NCBI RefSeq assembly: GCF_035285525.1
Contig: NZ_JAYKGW010000090.1
Span: 30,001 to 62,000 of the forward strand
Direction: 5' to 3'
Source: Okeania sp.
GTDB lineage: Bacteria; Cyanobacteriota; Cyanobacteriia; Cyanobacteriales; Microcoleaceae
Length of the DNA: 32,000 bases
Shown here: piece by piece, positions 1 to 9,610 of the stretch
How the letters are laid out: every line of letters begins with the position of its first letter
How positions within the stretch are numbered: position 1 is the stretch's first letter
The notes under the pieces: model-generated
The model's database searches: none
Told to the model about the DNA's origin: nothing
What the model saw: the letters and a program-made list of their open reading frames with translations, nothing else
Translations under genes and position numbers: made by a program

Positions 1-62
1 CTAGCAAAAGTTAGGTCAGGATATAACCTGCTTTTTTGAAATCTTTTCCGGATCTACTAAAT

Positions 63-794
63 ATGACTCAAACTTTTTCTAACGGTTCCAATCCTAGCAA
101 AACACTTAGTCTCAATGGTCTGAAGACTGCTAGTACAAATGGAAATGGTAAAATTGCCTATAGACCTGACCGTAACTCCTCATCCAATGGTCATTCAATA
201 GTGCAACAACCTCCTGCTGAAGAGAGCAACGAGGAAATGATTGCAGCAGTAAGAACAATGCTACTTTCAGTAGGAGAAGATCCTGAGCGAGAAGGATTGC
301 TCAAAACTCCGAAGCGAGTAGCAGAAGCAATGCGGTTCCTGACAGGTGGTTACAATCAATCCCTAGAAGAAATTGTGAATGGTGCTATCTTTGATGAAGG
401 TCATAACGAAATGGTTTTAGTTAGAGATATTAATCTGTTTAGTCTTTGTGAACATCATATGCTACCCTTCATGGGAAAAGCTCATGTAGCCTATATTCCT
501 AATCAAAAAGTAGTTGGATTAAGCAAACTAGCTCGCATTGTGGAAATGTATTCTCGTAGATTACAAGTTCAGGAACGGCTAAATCGTCAAATTGCTGAAG
601 CAATCCAAACAGTATTAGAACCAAAGGGTGTAGCAGTTGTGATTGAAGCTACTCATATGTGCATGGTAATGCGGGGGGTACAAAAACCTGGTTCTTGGAC
701 TGTCACCAGTGCAATGGTTGGTGTTTTTGAAGAAGATCAGAAAGTTAGAGAGGAATACTTCAATTTAATTCGCCATCAACCCTCATTCTTTTAA
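63..794 (+). CDS. folE: GTP cyclohydrolase I (type I FolE)
   Basis: ORF 36..794. It has the conserved blocks [12 protein letters not shown] and [15 protein letters not shown] typical of FolE. The ATG at 63 is preferred over the in-frame TTG at 36. The N-terminal extension is Asn/Ser-rich. Confidence 0.9.
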   Translation: MTQTFSNGSNPSKTLSLNGLKTASTNGNGKIAYRPDRNSSSNGHSIVQQPPAEESNEEMIAAVRTMLLSVGEDPEREGLLKTPKRVAEAMRFLTGGYNQSLEEIVNGAIFDEGHNEMVLVRDINLFSLCEHHMLPFMGKAHVAYIPNQKVVGLSKLARIVEMYSRRLQVQERLNRQIAEAIQTVLEPKGVAVVIEATHMCMVMRGVQKPGSWTVTSAMVGVFEEDQKVREEYFNLIRHQPSFF

Positions 795-807
795 TAGCTA
801 TTAGTAG

Positions 808-834
808 GGTGCGTTAGCGGTAGCGTAACGCACC
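808..834. repeat. Hairpin repeat GGTGCGTTA-N9-TAACGCACC, 14 nt after the folE stop
   Basis: Perfect 9-bp stem read directly. A sister copy lies at 4441..4466. There is no U-tail, so a terminator role is uncertain. Confidence 0.6.
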
Positions 835-894
835 AATACCCTATATAGAGTTTTGGTGCGTTATAAAGTGCGCTTTTCATTTGAATAAACGATA

Positions 895-922
895 GTAGGG
901 ACGTTCCATCCAACGTCCCTAC
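895..922. repeat. GTAGGGACG...CGTCCCTAC palindromic dispersed repeat
   Basis: Stem GTAGGGACGT / ACGTCCCTAC. Related copies lie at 5403..5430, 9523..9551 and 11979..12006, with a half copy near 13830..13853. Confidence 0.7.
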
Positions 923-1116
923 TGGATTATCATTTTTTGAGCGTGGTTTATTGACCTGAAAACTGCTTTAAGCTACATAGGACTTACGCATTAACGCTAT
1001 CCGTAGGGTGCGTTTTCCGCGCTGGAGCGGACATGGAAAGCGAAGCATTCCGTCAGGAAAACGCTACGCGATATGAAAAGCCTATCTCGTAACGCATCGG
1101 TACTCCATATCTAGTG

Positions 1117-1167
1117 CCTCCCGTGTAAGTCCTGCGACATTTACTAATTTAGGACTTACACGGGAGG
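1117..1167. repeat. 17-bp perfect inverted repeat carrying the AGGACTTAC motif
   Basis: CCTCCCGTGTAAGTCCT and AGGACTTACACGGGAGG are separated by 17 nt. The AGGACTTAC core recurs near 981, 9401, 9597, 13298, 13328, 13663 and 13750. Confidence 0.7.
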
Positions 1168-1465
1168 AACCCGGTTTCTAAGATAAATTGTTGTTTTGAG
1201 CAATAGATATCTAGGCTCGTGCCGGGTTTCTGGGTTCACACGGCTTTAGTCCTGTAATTAATAAATTCCGACTCCTGAGTTCTTTTTAGTAACTTTTGTT
1301 ATTTTTTCCCTTCTTTTCTATAACTATAAACGGCAAAAGGAAAAAAAATAGAGTGAGAAAGTACAAAGTTTTTCATCAACTAATTATCCGGATTTGATTA
1401 TGAAAGGCTGAGATTTAAACTAAATAACTGAAACCAAAAAATATACACATCAAGAGATTTCTGAT

Positions 1466-2905
1466 ATGGCTAAACCAATCAAATTTGGAACAGATGGCTG
1501 GCGCGGTGTTATAGCTGATGATTTTACTTTTGAAAGAGTTGCTTTAGTAGCTCCTATTGCGGCTAGAATTTTAGAGAAAAATTATGCAGATTCTACTAAT
1601 AATAGTAAAACAATAATTGTCGGCTATGACCGTCGCTTTATGGCTGAAGAATTTGCTCAAGTAGCTGCGGAAGCTATTCAAAATGCAGGATTTGATGTTT
1701 TATTAACCGATGCTTACGCTCCTACTCCTGCTTTTAGTTTGGCAGCATTTCAAAAACAGGCTCTGGGGGCTATTGTGATGACTGCTAGTCATAATCCAGG
1801 AAAATATTTAGGATTAAAAGTTAAGGGCGCTTTTGGTGGTTCGGTACCTCCCGAAATAACTAAACAAATAGAAAGTTTATTAACAGTTGAAACTGAAAAA
1901 GATGGGGTAGAAAAAGGTAAAAGAGAAACTTTTAATCCTTGGCCGAGTTATTGCGAAACTCTGCAAAAAATGGTAGAGATTGAGAAGATTAAGTCGGCTA
2001 TTAATGAAGGAAAATTAAAAGTTTTTGTAGATGTAATGCACGGTGCTGCGGCTGGAGGTTTACAACAAATATTGGATGTAGAAGTTACAGAAGTTAATGG
2101 TAATAGAGACCCTTTATTTGATGGGGGAGCGCCCGAACCTTTACCCCGTTATTTGAGTAAACTTTTTAAGGAAATTAAAAGTTATCGAGCAGCAAATGAA
2201 GGGAGTTTAGCTATTGGGTTGGTGTTTGATGGAGATAGCGATCGCATTGCTGCTGTCGATGGTGAGGGTAATTTTCTCAGTTCTCAAATTTTAATTCCCA
2301 TTTTGATTGAACATTTGACTACTAGACATGGGTTTAGTGGGGAGGTGGTGAAGACTATTAGTGGTTCTGATCTATTTCCGAAAGTAGCAGAGTTATACAA
2401 GATGCCAGTATTTGAAACTGCTATTGGTTATAAGTATATTGCTGATAGAATGTTGTCAACTCAGGTGCTTGTGGGTGGTGAAGAGTCTGGGGGTATTGGT
2501 TACGGTACTCATATTCCAGAAAGGGATGCTTTATTGTCCGCACTCTATTTATTGGAAGCAGTCGTGATGTCTGGAGAAGATTTGAGTGTTATTTATCGTC
2601 AGTTGCAAGAAAAGACAGGTTTTAGTTCCGTTTACGATCGGATAGATTTGCCTTTGCCTAATATGGAAGTGCGATCGCGACTTTTGGAGGAGTTAGAAAA
2701 TAATCCTGTGACGGAGGTTGCTGGAGAAAAAGTGGTTGATTGTTTGACTATAGATGGGTATAAGTTTCGGTTAGCTGATGGTCGTTGGTTATTGATTCGG
2801 TTTAGTGGTACTGAACCTGTTTTGCGACTTTATTGTGAAGCTGCGGATATGCAGAAAGTGAAGCAAACTTTGGAATGGGCGAAAAATTGGGCAAATAGTA
2901 TTTAA
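1466..2905 (+). CDS. Alpha-D-phosphohexomutase (phosphoglucomutase/phosphomannomutase family)
   Basis: 479-aa ORF with the active-site loop TASHNPGKYLGLK, metal-binding DGDSDR and sugar-binding GEESGG. Substrate specificity cannot be assigned from the sequence alone. Confidence 0.9.
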   Translation: MAKPIKFGTDGWRGVIADDFTFERVALVAPIAARILEKNYADSTNNSKTIIVGYDRRFMAEEFAQVAAEAIQNAGFDVLLTDAYAPTPAFSLAAFQKQALGAIVMTASHNPGKYLGLKVKGAFGGSVPPEITKQIESLLTVETEKDGVEKGKRETFNPWPSYCETLQKMVEIEKIKSAINEGKLKVFVDVMHGAAAGGLQQILDVEVTEVNGNRDPLFDGGAPEPLPRYLSKLFKEIKSYRAANEGSLAIGLVFDGDSDRIAAVDGEGNFLSSQILIPILIEHLTTRHGFSGEVVKTISGSDLFPKVAELYKMPVFETAIGYKYIADRMLSTQVLVGGEESGGIGYGTHIPERDALLSALYLLEAVVMSGEDLSVIYRQLQEKTGFSSVYDRIDLPLPNMEVRSRLLEELENNPVTEVAGEKVVDCLTIDGYKFRLADGRWLLIRFSGTEPVLRLYCEAADMQKVKQTLEWAKNWANSI

Positions 2906-2945
2906 TGGTATGTGTCGAGGAGTCAGGAGTCAAGAGCTAGGAAAG

Positions 2946-3025
2946 GTATATAGATTGTAAATTTGATGGTGAGGGTTTGGAAACCAAACCCCTAGAGTTT
3001 TTTTCACAAATCATTTGATATGACT
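2946..3025 (+). repeat. MITE-like dispersed repeat, CACAAATCATT family, copy A (partial)
   Basis: Shares TTGTAA..GGTTTGG..CCAAACCCCTA..TTTTTTCACAAATCATTTGA with copies at 12556..12680 (+) and 20588..20716 (-). Internal hairpin GGGTTTGG/CCAAACCC. Confidence 0.6.
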
Positions 3026-3035
3026 TGATCTACAG

Positions 3036-3794
3036 CTACAACTGTTTTGGATCGACACCAAGGGAACGTAACATTTGTTTAAATTGTTCAGCACGTTGCC
3101 GCTCTTGTTGAGCTTCTTGTTCAAGTTTTTCAGCTCGTTGTCGCTCCTGTTGAAATCGTTGTCGTTCCTGAAGTTTTTCCTCTTCTGGGGTCATAAACCT
3201 GTTACCTTCAGACTCATACCAATACAACAACTCTCGTTGATAACGGTAATAATTATTAACTTCAGTTCCTATCGCCAGACCTATTTCTGGCATCCATACG
3301 GGATTTATTGGTAAACGTTGATATGTTCCATTGAACAAACGATACACCTGAAAACGCTCATGTTTGTCTCGGTGGAAATAGTCTGGGTTATAAATAACAT
3401 AATACAATACTCCCAACCGAGCGTAATCAGTCATTTTTTGCTCGTCTTCGTCGCCATAAGTTTTAGAAACAATCTCTAATACGAATATCGGAACAATATA
3501 ATTTTCCTCCCAAAGAATATAGGAGGAGCGCAATTTATCATTTTTTAGTTTGGGAACTCCCACACTGAGGAAAGCATCAGGAACAATAGCAACTCTAGGA
3601 TTTGATCCAGTGGTGTGGTAAATTCCCATATTTATGCCAAAAAATCAATCAGAGCGATCGCGCCATAAGCGATTTAAAATTATTCTGAGTAGGTTAGGAA
3701 TTAAGATTTGTATTTCATGGTCTACGGGTTTGTCGTCTGAATCTGGTAATTCGTCACTTGATGGTAGGTCGAGTAATTGATTGTAGTTTACCAT
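3036..3794 (-). pseudogene. Uma2-family (DUF820) endonuclease gene interrupted by one in-frame TGA
   Basis: The ORF 3036..3629 continues upstream in the same frame to an ATG at 3794..3792. That upstream part encodes MVNYNQLLDLPSSDELPDSDDKPVDHEIQILIPNLL...WRDRSD, the typical Uma2 N-terminus. The only break is a TGA at 3645..3647, in the context RSD-stop-FFGINMGIY, where family members have Trp (TGG). Confidence 0.8.
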
Positions 3795-3855
3795 AATAAT
3801 TTGACTGTAACATTTGAGTTGTTTTATTTTAGCAAATAAATATCTTTAGAAAATA

Positions 3856-3878
3856 GGGAACAGGGAACAGGGAACAGG
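3856..3878. repeat. Heptamer tandem repeat GGGAACA x3 (STRR-like)
   Basis: Read directly. The related complementary-strand heptamer TTCCCTA lies at 5524..5551, with shorter traces near 7993 and 17930. Confidence 0.7.
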
Positions 3879-4134
3879 CAATAGAGGAGAGTAATTAATG
3901 ATTTCTGGATAATAATTGATTATATTTTTAATTTTTGGAGTTCTCTAATAAATATCTCTAGAAAATAGAAAGTAGAGACGCATCGCTGCGCAAAACACAC
4001 TCTACTAGACTAAAATTTAGAAGTAGCAAGGTATCTAGCAACCTGTTGTCAATGTGATAAATTGATGCTATGGTATCTACCGTTGTCTATTTATATGGAT
4101 AGACTTACAAACAAAAAAACTAAGGAGATAGGAA

Positions 4135-4383
4135 ATGAAAAAGATTCTTGCTGTACAGATAGGAGCAACCTTGTTGTGGTTGTCTAGTGCCCCTGTCGCC
4201 CTTGCAGGTAAAGCTTCTTTTATAAAAAAATTTAACTCAGAGGACATTTCTTACAGGGAAAGTGGTAACTGGGTGTATTTGCATAATTTGAAACTGCTAG
4301 AGAAGTTTAAAAGAGTATGTGGAGAAGAAGGTGGAAGATATCAGCCTGGTAGGGTGGAAGCAGGGAGTTATTGTTGGTTCTAG
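4135..4383 (+). CDS. Small secreted hypothetical protein (82 aa)
   Basis: Strong Shine-Dalgarno AAGGAGA 6 nt upstream of the ATG. N-terminal signal peptide ending VALA-GK. No recognisable family. Confidence 0.55.
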   Translation: MKKILAVQIGATLLWLSSAPVALAGKASFIKKFNSEDISYRESGNWVYLHNLKLLEKFKRVCGEEGGRYQPGRVEAGSYCWF

Positions 4384-4440
4384 CTTAAATTTTGAGGTTG
4401 GGAGAATGTTGTTGTTGATTATATTAGTCTAGTCCAGTAG

Positions 4441-4466
4441 GGTGTGTTAGCGGAGCGTAACGCACC
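4441..4466. repeat. Hairpin repeat GGTGTGTTA-N8-TAACGCACC (sister of 808..834)
   Basis: Same stem sequence as 808..834 with one G-U pair. It lies downstream of the small secreted ORF. Confidence 0.6.
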
Positions 4467-4713
4467 GTCTTTACAGAAGCGTAACCAATCCCATAGATTA
4501 GCTGGCAATCAATTTCTTAACTGGACTTTTGAATTAGTAGTGGTGCGTTACGGAAGTTCGCCTTTTCATGTTGCGCAGCAAAACACATCCTACTAGACTG
4601 ATTGAGAGTAGTGCAGCGATCGCTTGTTCGGAAGATATTTTCCCGATAGCCATTCCCTTCCTTGACAAGTCAAAATTCAAAATTCAAAAGTAAGATTTGA
4701 TAAGTTTCAAACC

Positions 4714-4806
4714 TCAACTGATCTGATAACTAATAACTGATAACTGAATAGAGGGTAGGGGGATAGCCAAAGCCAAAATTATATTTGAGTCCGGTACAAT
4801 TTTCAT
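4714..4806 (-). pseudogene. Truncated PIN-domain (VapC-like) toxin remnant, 30 codons
   Basis: Its ATG at 4806..4804 overlaps the TGA of the upstream antitoxin-like gene (ATGA overlap). It encodes MKIVPDSNIILALAIPLP, a typical PIN N-terminus with the first acidic residue. It then runs into the heptamer repeat CTGATAA and stops. Confidence 0.6.
4723..4750. repeat. Heptamer tandem repeat CTGATAA/CTAATAA x4 (STRR-like)
   Basis: Read directly. It replaces the body of the PIN gene. Confidence 0.7.
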
Positions 4807-5117
4807 AATTCCCCTGTAATTATTTTTTCTATCTGCTCTTCTCGTTCGCTTCTGATTTCCGCAACTAGATCGCCAGAATAGATACCATGAGTTTGTTGAA
4901 TTTCTGCTCGGAGGGAATTTAAGCATTCTAAAGCTTTTTGAGGTTGGCGATCTCGCACATGAGAAGTTGTATCTTTTTGTTTAAGGGTTTCTAATCCCAG
5001 ACGTACCACTTCCACAGCGACTTCAGAGACTGTCTGATGTTTTTGAGTCGCTAACTGGAGTAGGGTGTCGTACTGTTCTGGTTCTAAAACCAATGGGGGA
5101 TATGTAGATTTTGTCAT
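4803..5117 (-). CDS. Ribbon-helix-helix type antitoxin-like protein (VapB-like)
   Basis: 104-aa ORF. The call rests on its size, its charged C-terminus, and its ATGA overlap with the downstream PIN remnant. The family assignment comes from context and general resemblance only. Confidence 0.55.
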   Translation of the reverse strand: MTKSTYPPLVLEPEQYDTLLQLATQKHQTVSEVAVEVVRLGLETLKQKDTTSHVRDRQPQKALECLNSLRAEIQQTHGIYSGDLVAEIRSEREEQIEKIITGEL

Positions 5118-5402
5118 CTTAATTCTGTGAACATAAATGTTTTGGAAACTTTTACTATTATATCATAATTTTGAAGAAATATTGACAATGGATAATGGAT
5201 AATTGAATACTTTTGGCATTCAAAAAGTTAGCTTGTTACTTAAAGTTTAAAATTTTAATCATTATCTATTGCTAAAATTTTAGAGTTATGAGTGGAAGTA
5301 TTGAGGTTTATCTACTGTTTTTTATCAGTATGACAGACAATAAAAATTTACCTACTCTACACTGTATTTTGTTATAGTTAGGAAAGGCTTTATTGCATGA
5401 AA

Positions 5403-5430
5403 GTAGGGAAGTTGTATGCAACTTCCCTAC
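5403..5430. repeat. GTAGGGAAGTTG-TATG-CAACTTCCCTAC hairpin (GTAGGGA family)
   Basis: Perfect 12-bp stem, located between sdhA and the antitoxin-like gene. Confidence 0.7.
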
Positions 5431-5523
5431 AGATTAGAGGAAAAAAAGCTAATAGTTATAGCACTATCGATTGAGGTTAGGACATTTCTAAATCCTGAAA
5501 TCCTATCCTTTCAAATTAAACTA

Positions 5524-5551
5524 TTCCTTGTTCCCTATTCCCTATTCCCTA
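5524..5551. repeat. Heptamer tandem repeat TTCCCTA x4 (first unit degenerate)
   Basis: Read directly, immediately downstream of the sdhA stop. Confidence 0.7.
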
Positions 5552-5567
5552 GCGCGTAGCGCTATAC

Positions 5568-7295
5568 TTAATACTTCCGCTCTTGGGGTTCAAACATAGT
5601 TATTGTTACAGGTCGATAACTAATATCAATTCCTGCTGAGGAATAATAAGTCAAAGTATGCCGTAAAAACTGCTCATCATTTCGTTGGGGAAAATCTTCC
5701 CGACTATGAGCGCCTCGACTTTCCTGACGATTGAACGCCGAACTTAAAATTGTTTCTCCCACAACAAAAATACTCCGCAACTCCAAAGCTTCAATAACTT
5801 CTGTATTCCAAGACTTGCCTTTATCATCTAAATAAACCCGCTGATATTGTTCCTGGAACTGCTCCAACTTTTTCAAACCCTGCTCCATGATATCTTGGGA
5901 ACGGAATACACCACAATGCTCGCTCATTGCATCTTGAAATTGTTGCCGTAAAAAGTCAATGCGATATTCTCCAGAACGGTCTAACAATTCTTGAACTTGT
6001 GACTGCGCCTCTTGTACATAACGTTCTTCCTCAATATCAGGTAACTTTCGACCCTCCACAAAATCAGCGATCGCTGCTCCAGTTCGTCGTCCATAAACCA
6101 CACATTCCAACAAAGAATTACTACCCAAACGGTTCGCCCCATGTACAGAAACACAAGCACATTCCCCGGCAGCAAATAATCCATCCACCAAACTATCAGC
6201 ACTCCCCCAAACTCTGCCATCAGTATTAGTAGGAATGCCACCCATAGAATAATGAGCAGTCGGACGTACTGGCATCGGATCGTTGACGGCATCAATACCA
6301 ACAAGACGATGAGCTTCTTCCCAAGCAAAAGGCACTCGACTCATAATCTTCTCCCGCCCCATGTGGCGCAGATCGAGATAAATAAACGGACCGCCAGCAC
6401 TACCATCCATATTGATTCCGCGACCAGCACGAAGTTCCAAAGTAATAGCACGGGAAGTGATATCCCTGGGTGCTAACTCCATCCGACTCGGAGCATAATT
6501 TTCCATAAAGCGATCGCCTTCACTATTTATGAGGTAAGCACCCTCACCGCGCACTGCTTCAGAAATTAAAACTCCTGCTGGATATAAACCTGTGGGATGA
6601 AATTGCACAAACTCCATATCTTGCAGAGGTAAACCTGCCATTGCTGCCATTGCCAAACCGTCGCCAGTGGAAGCATAATCATTGGAAGTGGTATTAAATA
6701 CTCGACCATAACCACCAGTAGCAAGCATTACCACTTTGGCTCGGAGTACAACTATTTCCCCATCCAAAATATGATACATAACCACACCTTTGGCTTGACC
6801 GTCTTCTAATATCAGACGCATCACATACCATTCCTGATATACTTTTACCCCATTACGCTGGAGGTTATTTACCAACTCATGCAAAATAGCGTGACCAGTT
6901 TTATCCGCAGCATAACAGGTGCGGTTGTGGGAATGACCGCCGAAAGCACGTTGAGCGATGCGACCATCTGGCAACCTGGAAAATAATACTCCCAAATGTT
7001 CCAAGTCAATGATTACATCTGGTGCTTCTTTGGCTAAAATTTCTACTGCGTCCTGGTCTGCTAAATAGTCGGAACCTTTTACTGTATCGTAGGCGTGGGC
7101 TTTCCAGCTATCTTCTGGGTCTACATTTTGGAGGGATGCTGCTATGCCTCCTTGAGCAGCGACGGAGTGGGAACGAATGGGGTGAGTTTTGGCAATTATC
7201 GCCACATTTAAACTAGGGTTTTTGCGGGCTATTTCTACAGCAGCGCGACAACCAGCAAGTCCGCCACCAACTATAATTATGTCGTGTTCTAGCAT
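5568..7295 (-). CDS. sdhA: Succinate dehydrogenase / fumarate reductase flavoprotein subunit
   Basis: 575-aa ORF. It has the N-terminal FAD fold IIIVGGGLAGCRAA, the covalent-FAD region RSHSVAAQGG and the catalytic block HPTG...EAVRGEG. Confidence 0.92.
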   Translation of the reverse strand: MLEHDIIIVGGGLAGCRAAVEIARKNPSLNVAIIAKTHPIRSHSVAAQGGIAASLQNVDPEDSWKAHAYDTVKGSDYLADQDAVEILAKEAPDVIIDLEHLGVLFSRLPDGRIAQRAFGGHSHNRTCYAADKTGHAILHELVNNLQRNGVKVYQEWYVMRLILEDGQAKGVVMYHILDGEIVVLRAKVVMLATGGYGRVFNTTSNDYASTGDGLAMAAMAGLPLQDMEFVQFHPTGLYPAGVLISEAVRGEGAYLINSEGDRFMENYAPSRMELAPRDITSRAITLELRAGRGINMDGSAGGPFIYLDLRHMGREKIMSRVPFAWEEAHRLVGIDAVNDPMPVRPTAHYSMGGIPTNTDGRVWGSADSLVDGLFAAGECACVSVHGANRLGSNSLLECVVYGRRTGAAIADFVEGRKLPDIEEERYVQEAQSQVQELLDRSGEYRIDFLRQQFQDAMSEHCGVFRSQDIMEQGLKKLEQFQEQYQRVYLDDKGKSWNTEVIEALELRSIFVVGETILSSAFNRQESRGAHSREDFPQRNDEQFLRHTLTYYSSAGIDISYRPVTITMFEPQERKY

Positions 7296-7544
7296 TTAGG
7301 TAAATATCAGGTATTTTGGTTCTGTTTCATAAAAAAGTGAGCATATTGCCCACCTTAATTAAACTATATTAAACTAGGAGTTTTACTAATGAAATCTAAA
7401 AAAAATCTTAAAAGTAGGGTCTATTTCCCATGACTTGAAAATAAATGTTTTTAAGTTGTTTTTTTCTATGAGTAACTATTATGATATAGCATTTCCCTTT
7501 TCTTGTAAGGTACATTGATAATCCCCCTAAATCCCCCTTTGAAA

Positions 7545-7575
7545 GGGGGACTTTTTGTTCACTTCCCCCCTTTCA
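7545..7575 (+). repeat. 31-nt direct repeat GGGGGACTTTTTGTTCACTTCCCCCCTTTCA, copy 1
   Basis: Identical 31-mer at 7771..7801. Both copies adjoin CCCCCTTTGAAAGGGGG-type palindromes. Confidence 0.8.
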
Positions 7576-7770
7576 CGCGCTATGCTTTATAAACATCTTT
7601 CTCTTTTCATAAAACTTGGGCATTATTGACAAGTTATGTATTTACCATTCGATGGGTATTCCCGGAGAGTGAAGTATTTAACTAGAGGCTTTTCTCCCCC
7701 CATCTCCCCCTATACCCATCCCCCCATCATCAGGGTTTCAGGAGTTCCTTATAAGGGATAGCGCATCATC

Positions 7771-7801
7771 GGGGGACTTTTTGTTCACTTCCCCCCTTTC
7801 A
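7771..7801 (+). repeat. 31-nt direct repeat, copy 2
   Basis: Identical to 7545..7575. ORF 7738..7923 (-) merely translates this repeat region. Confidence 0.8.
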
Positions 7802-8207
7802 AAGGGGGGATAGAAAACTGTACCTCGCGCTTGTTGGGAATTGCTATATAGTAATCCTATTTTATTTGTGTATAAAAATCTTAAGTGCTTATGCAAAATT
7901 AATTGTATAAGTCCATAAACCAAATTAATTGGAAATTACTATTATATTTCTCTAATCTGATCGAGAAATTATCAATTATTTCTTTCTTTTTCTAGTTAAG
8001 TGTTCCCTGTTCCCTTTTAATTAAAAAACTTAATAGATTTCTTCGTAAATAGGTGTGGAGCGATCGCTTGTCTAAGACTTTTTTCGACCTAGATTTGGTC
8101 AATTAAATCTTAAAAAAATCTTGATTTGGATAATTTTTTATACAAAAAGCTGGTTTAATAGTTATTAGTTATTTACCCCAATAAAAAAATTACCAGGAAG
8201 AAAAACT

Positions 8208-9371
8208 ATGAGTGAAAAATACCCTTTTAGAATCCTTAGTTTAGATGGTGGTGGTATGAGAGGAGCTTTATCAGCAAAGATTCTCGAACAAGTAGAGCAG
8301 CAGATTTTAGAAAAAGAAAATAAATCTTTGACAGAATACTTCGATCTAGTGGCTGGAACTTCTACAGGATCGATATTAGCAGCAGGTATTGCTCTTGGTT
8401 TAAAAGCAAGCGAGCTGTTTAAACTTTATGATGAGAATGGCAATCAAATATTTTCTAGTATAAAACGAAAGTTACGAAAGCTTATTCCTGGTGGTGGTGG
8501 ATATTTAATTCCTTTTACTCGATATTCAAACCAAGGGTTAAAAGAACTTCTCCAAGAAAAATTAGTTTTTTCTAACGACTTAATCGATCGCAAAACAGAC
8601 CAACTTCCCAGCCTTTTAGATGTAGAAAAATCGCCAAAATCACCAACTTTATTGATTCTTGCCTATAATACCACAGGTGGTTATACACAATATTTTGCTA
8701 GTAATGCTGCATACAAAGAAGGTGGTGAACCTGAATGGTTTACATATAAGTCTGTATCAGATTTTTGTCTATGTTCTTCTGCTGCGCCTACTTTTTTCCC
8801 TCCCTATAAATTAATTGATAGCTGTGGAAGAGAACAAAATTATATAGATGGGGGAGTAGCTGCAAATAACCCCGATCTGGCAGCAATAACTCATGCTATG
8901 TATACGAAAACGCGAGTAAATTCTCAAGAAGATAATTCTAATCCAGCGCTGCCAGCTCTTGACCTTTCTGATATCTCTGTATTTTCTATCGGAACAGGGA
9001 AAGTTGATTTTTCATTTGACTATAAAACAGTGGATAGTTGGGGACTTGTTGATTGGGCAAACAAAATTTCTGATATTTTTCTAGCAGCTCCTGCTCAGTT
9101 TGAAGAAGCAGTAACTAGACAATTAATATTAGGTTTAACTACACATCAACGATATAGACGTGTTAATCTTAATATAGAAGCATTACCCATAGACGATCCT
9201 GGTATAATTAAGAAGTTAGTTGAAACCTACAAAAAGCAAAAAGACTGTATTAAAAGTTTGGATTTTACAGACATGACAAATAAAGAATGGAAGTTAGAAG
9301 ATTTAGTTAACGATTTTATAGAGAAAAATAAGAGGGATGCCGATCAACATTTTAAAAATCGCTTTGACTAG
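8208..9371 (+). CDS. Patatin-like phospholipase
   Basis: 387-aa ORF with the oxyanion motif DGGGMRG, the nucleophile elbow GTSTGS and the catalytic Asp in IDGGVAANNP. Confidence 0.88.
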   Translation: MSEKYPFRILSLDGGGMRGALSAKILEQVEQQILEKENKSLTEYFDLVAGTSTGSILAAGIALGLKASELFKLYDENGNQIFSSIKRKLRKLIPGGGGYLIPFTRYSNQGLKELLQEKLVFSNDLIDRKTDQLPSLLDVEKSPKSPTLLILAYNTTGGYTQYFASNAAYKEGGEPEWFTYKSVSDFCLCSSAAPTFFPPYKLIDSCGREQNYIDGGVAANNPDLAAITHAMYTKTRVNSQEDNSNPALPALDLSDISVFSIGTGKVDFSFDYKTVDSWGLVDWANKISDIFLAAPAQFEEAVTRQLILGLTTHQRYRRVNLNIEALPIDDPGIIKKLVETYKKQKDCIKSLDFTDMTNKEWKLEDLVNDFIEKNKRDADQHFKNRFD

Positions 9372-9398
9372 CTAAAAATTTCAGTAGTTTTTGGAGAG

Positions 9399-9604
9399 CA
9401 GGACTTACACCAAGCCACCAAAAAATCGGGTTTATCAAGGACTTTTCTAGTTTTAGCCACAAGACTGTAGCCATACAGCGCTTTTCACTCTCGATGAACC
9501 ATATCGTCATAAGCAAAATCTTGTAGGGACGCCCTTATGCAACGTCCCTACTGTGGTTTACTGATATGAAAACTGCTGTAAACCCGGTTTCTGTGTAAGT
9601 CCTG
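9399..9604. repeat. MITE-like element with 12-bp perfect terminal inverted repeats CAGGACTTACAC / GTGTAAGTCCTG
   Basis: The terminal repeats lie at 9399..9410 and 9593..9604. The interior carries the GTAGGGACG hairpin (9523..9551) and the block TGAAAACTGCTGTAA, which is also seen near 957..973. There is no coding capacity. Confidence 0.55.
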
Positions 9605-9610
9605 GATTCC

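Noticed and set aside
3075-3314. 79-aa plus-strand ORF antisense to the Uma2 gene
   Set aside because: The Leu/Phe/Ser-rich translation is the antisense of the Glu/Gln/Arg-rich coiled tail of the Uma2 protein. There is no independent support.
4714-4926. Full 70-aa reading of ORF 4714..4926
   Set aside because: Its first 40 codons overlap the 3' end of the antitoxin-like gene out of frame. Only the part from the internal ATG (4806) resembles a PIN N-terminus.
5927-7216. ORFs 5927..6229 (+), 5981..6328 (-), 6252..6476 (+) and 7022..7216 (+) overlapping sdhA
   Set aside because: They lie wholly inside the well-supported sdhA reading frame. Their translations are low-complexity or His/Gln/Leu-rich with no motifs. 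They are shadow ORFs.
7738-7923. 61-aa minus-strand ORF in the sdhA-patatin intergenic region
   Set aside because: It spans the 31-nt direct repeat and the GGGGGG/CCCCCC palindrome. The start context is poor, and it is probably non-coding repeat sequence.
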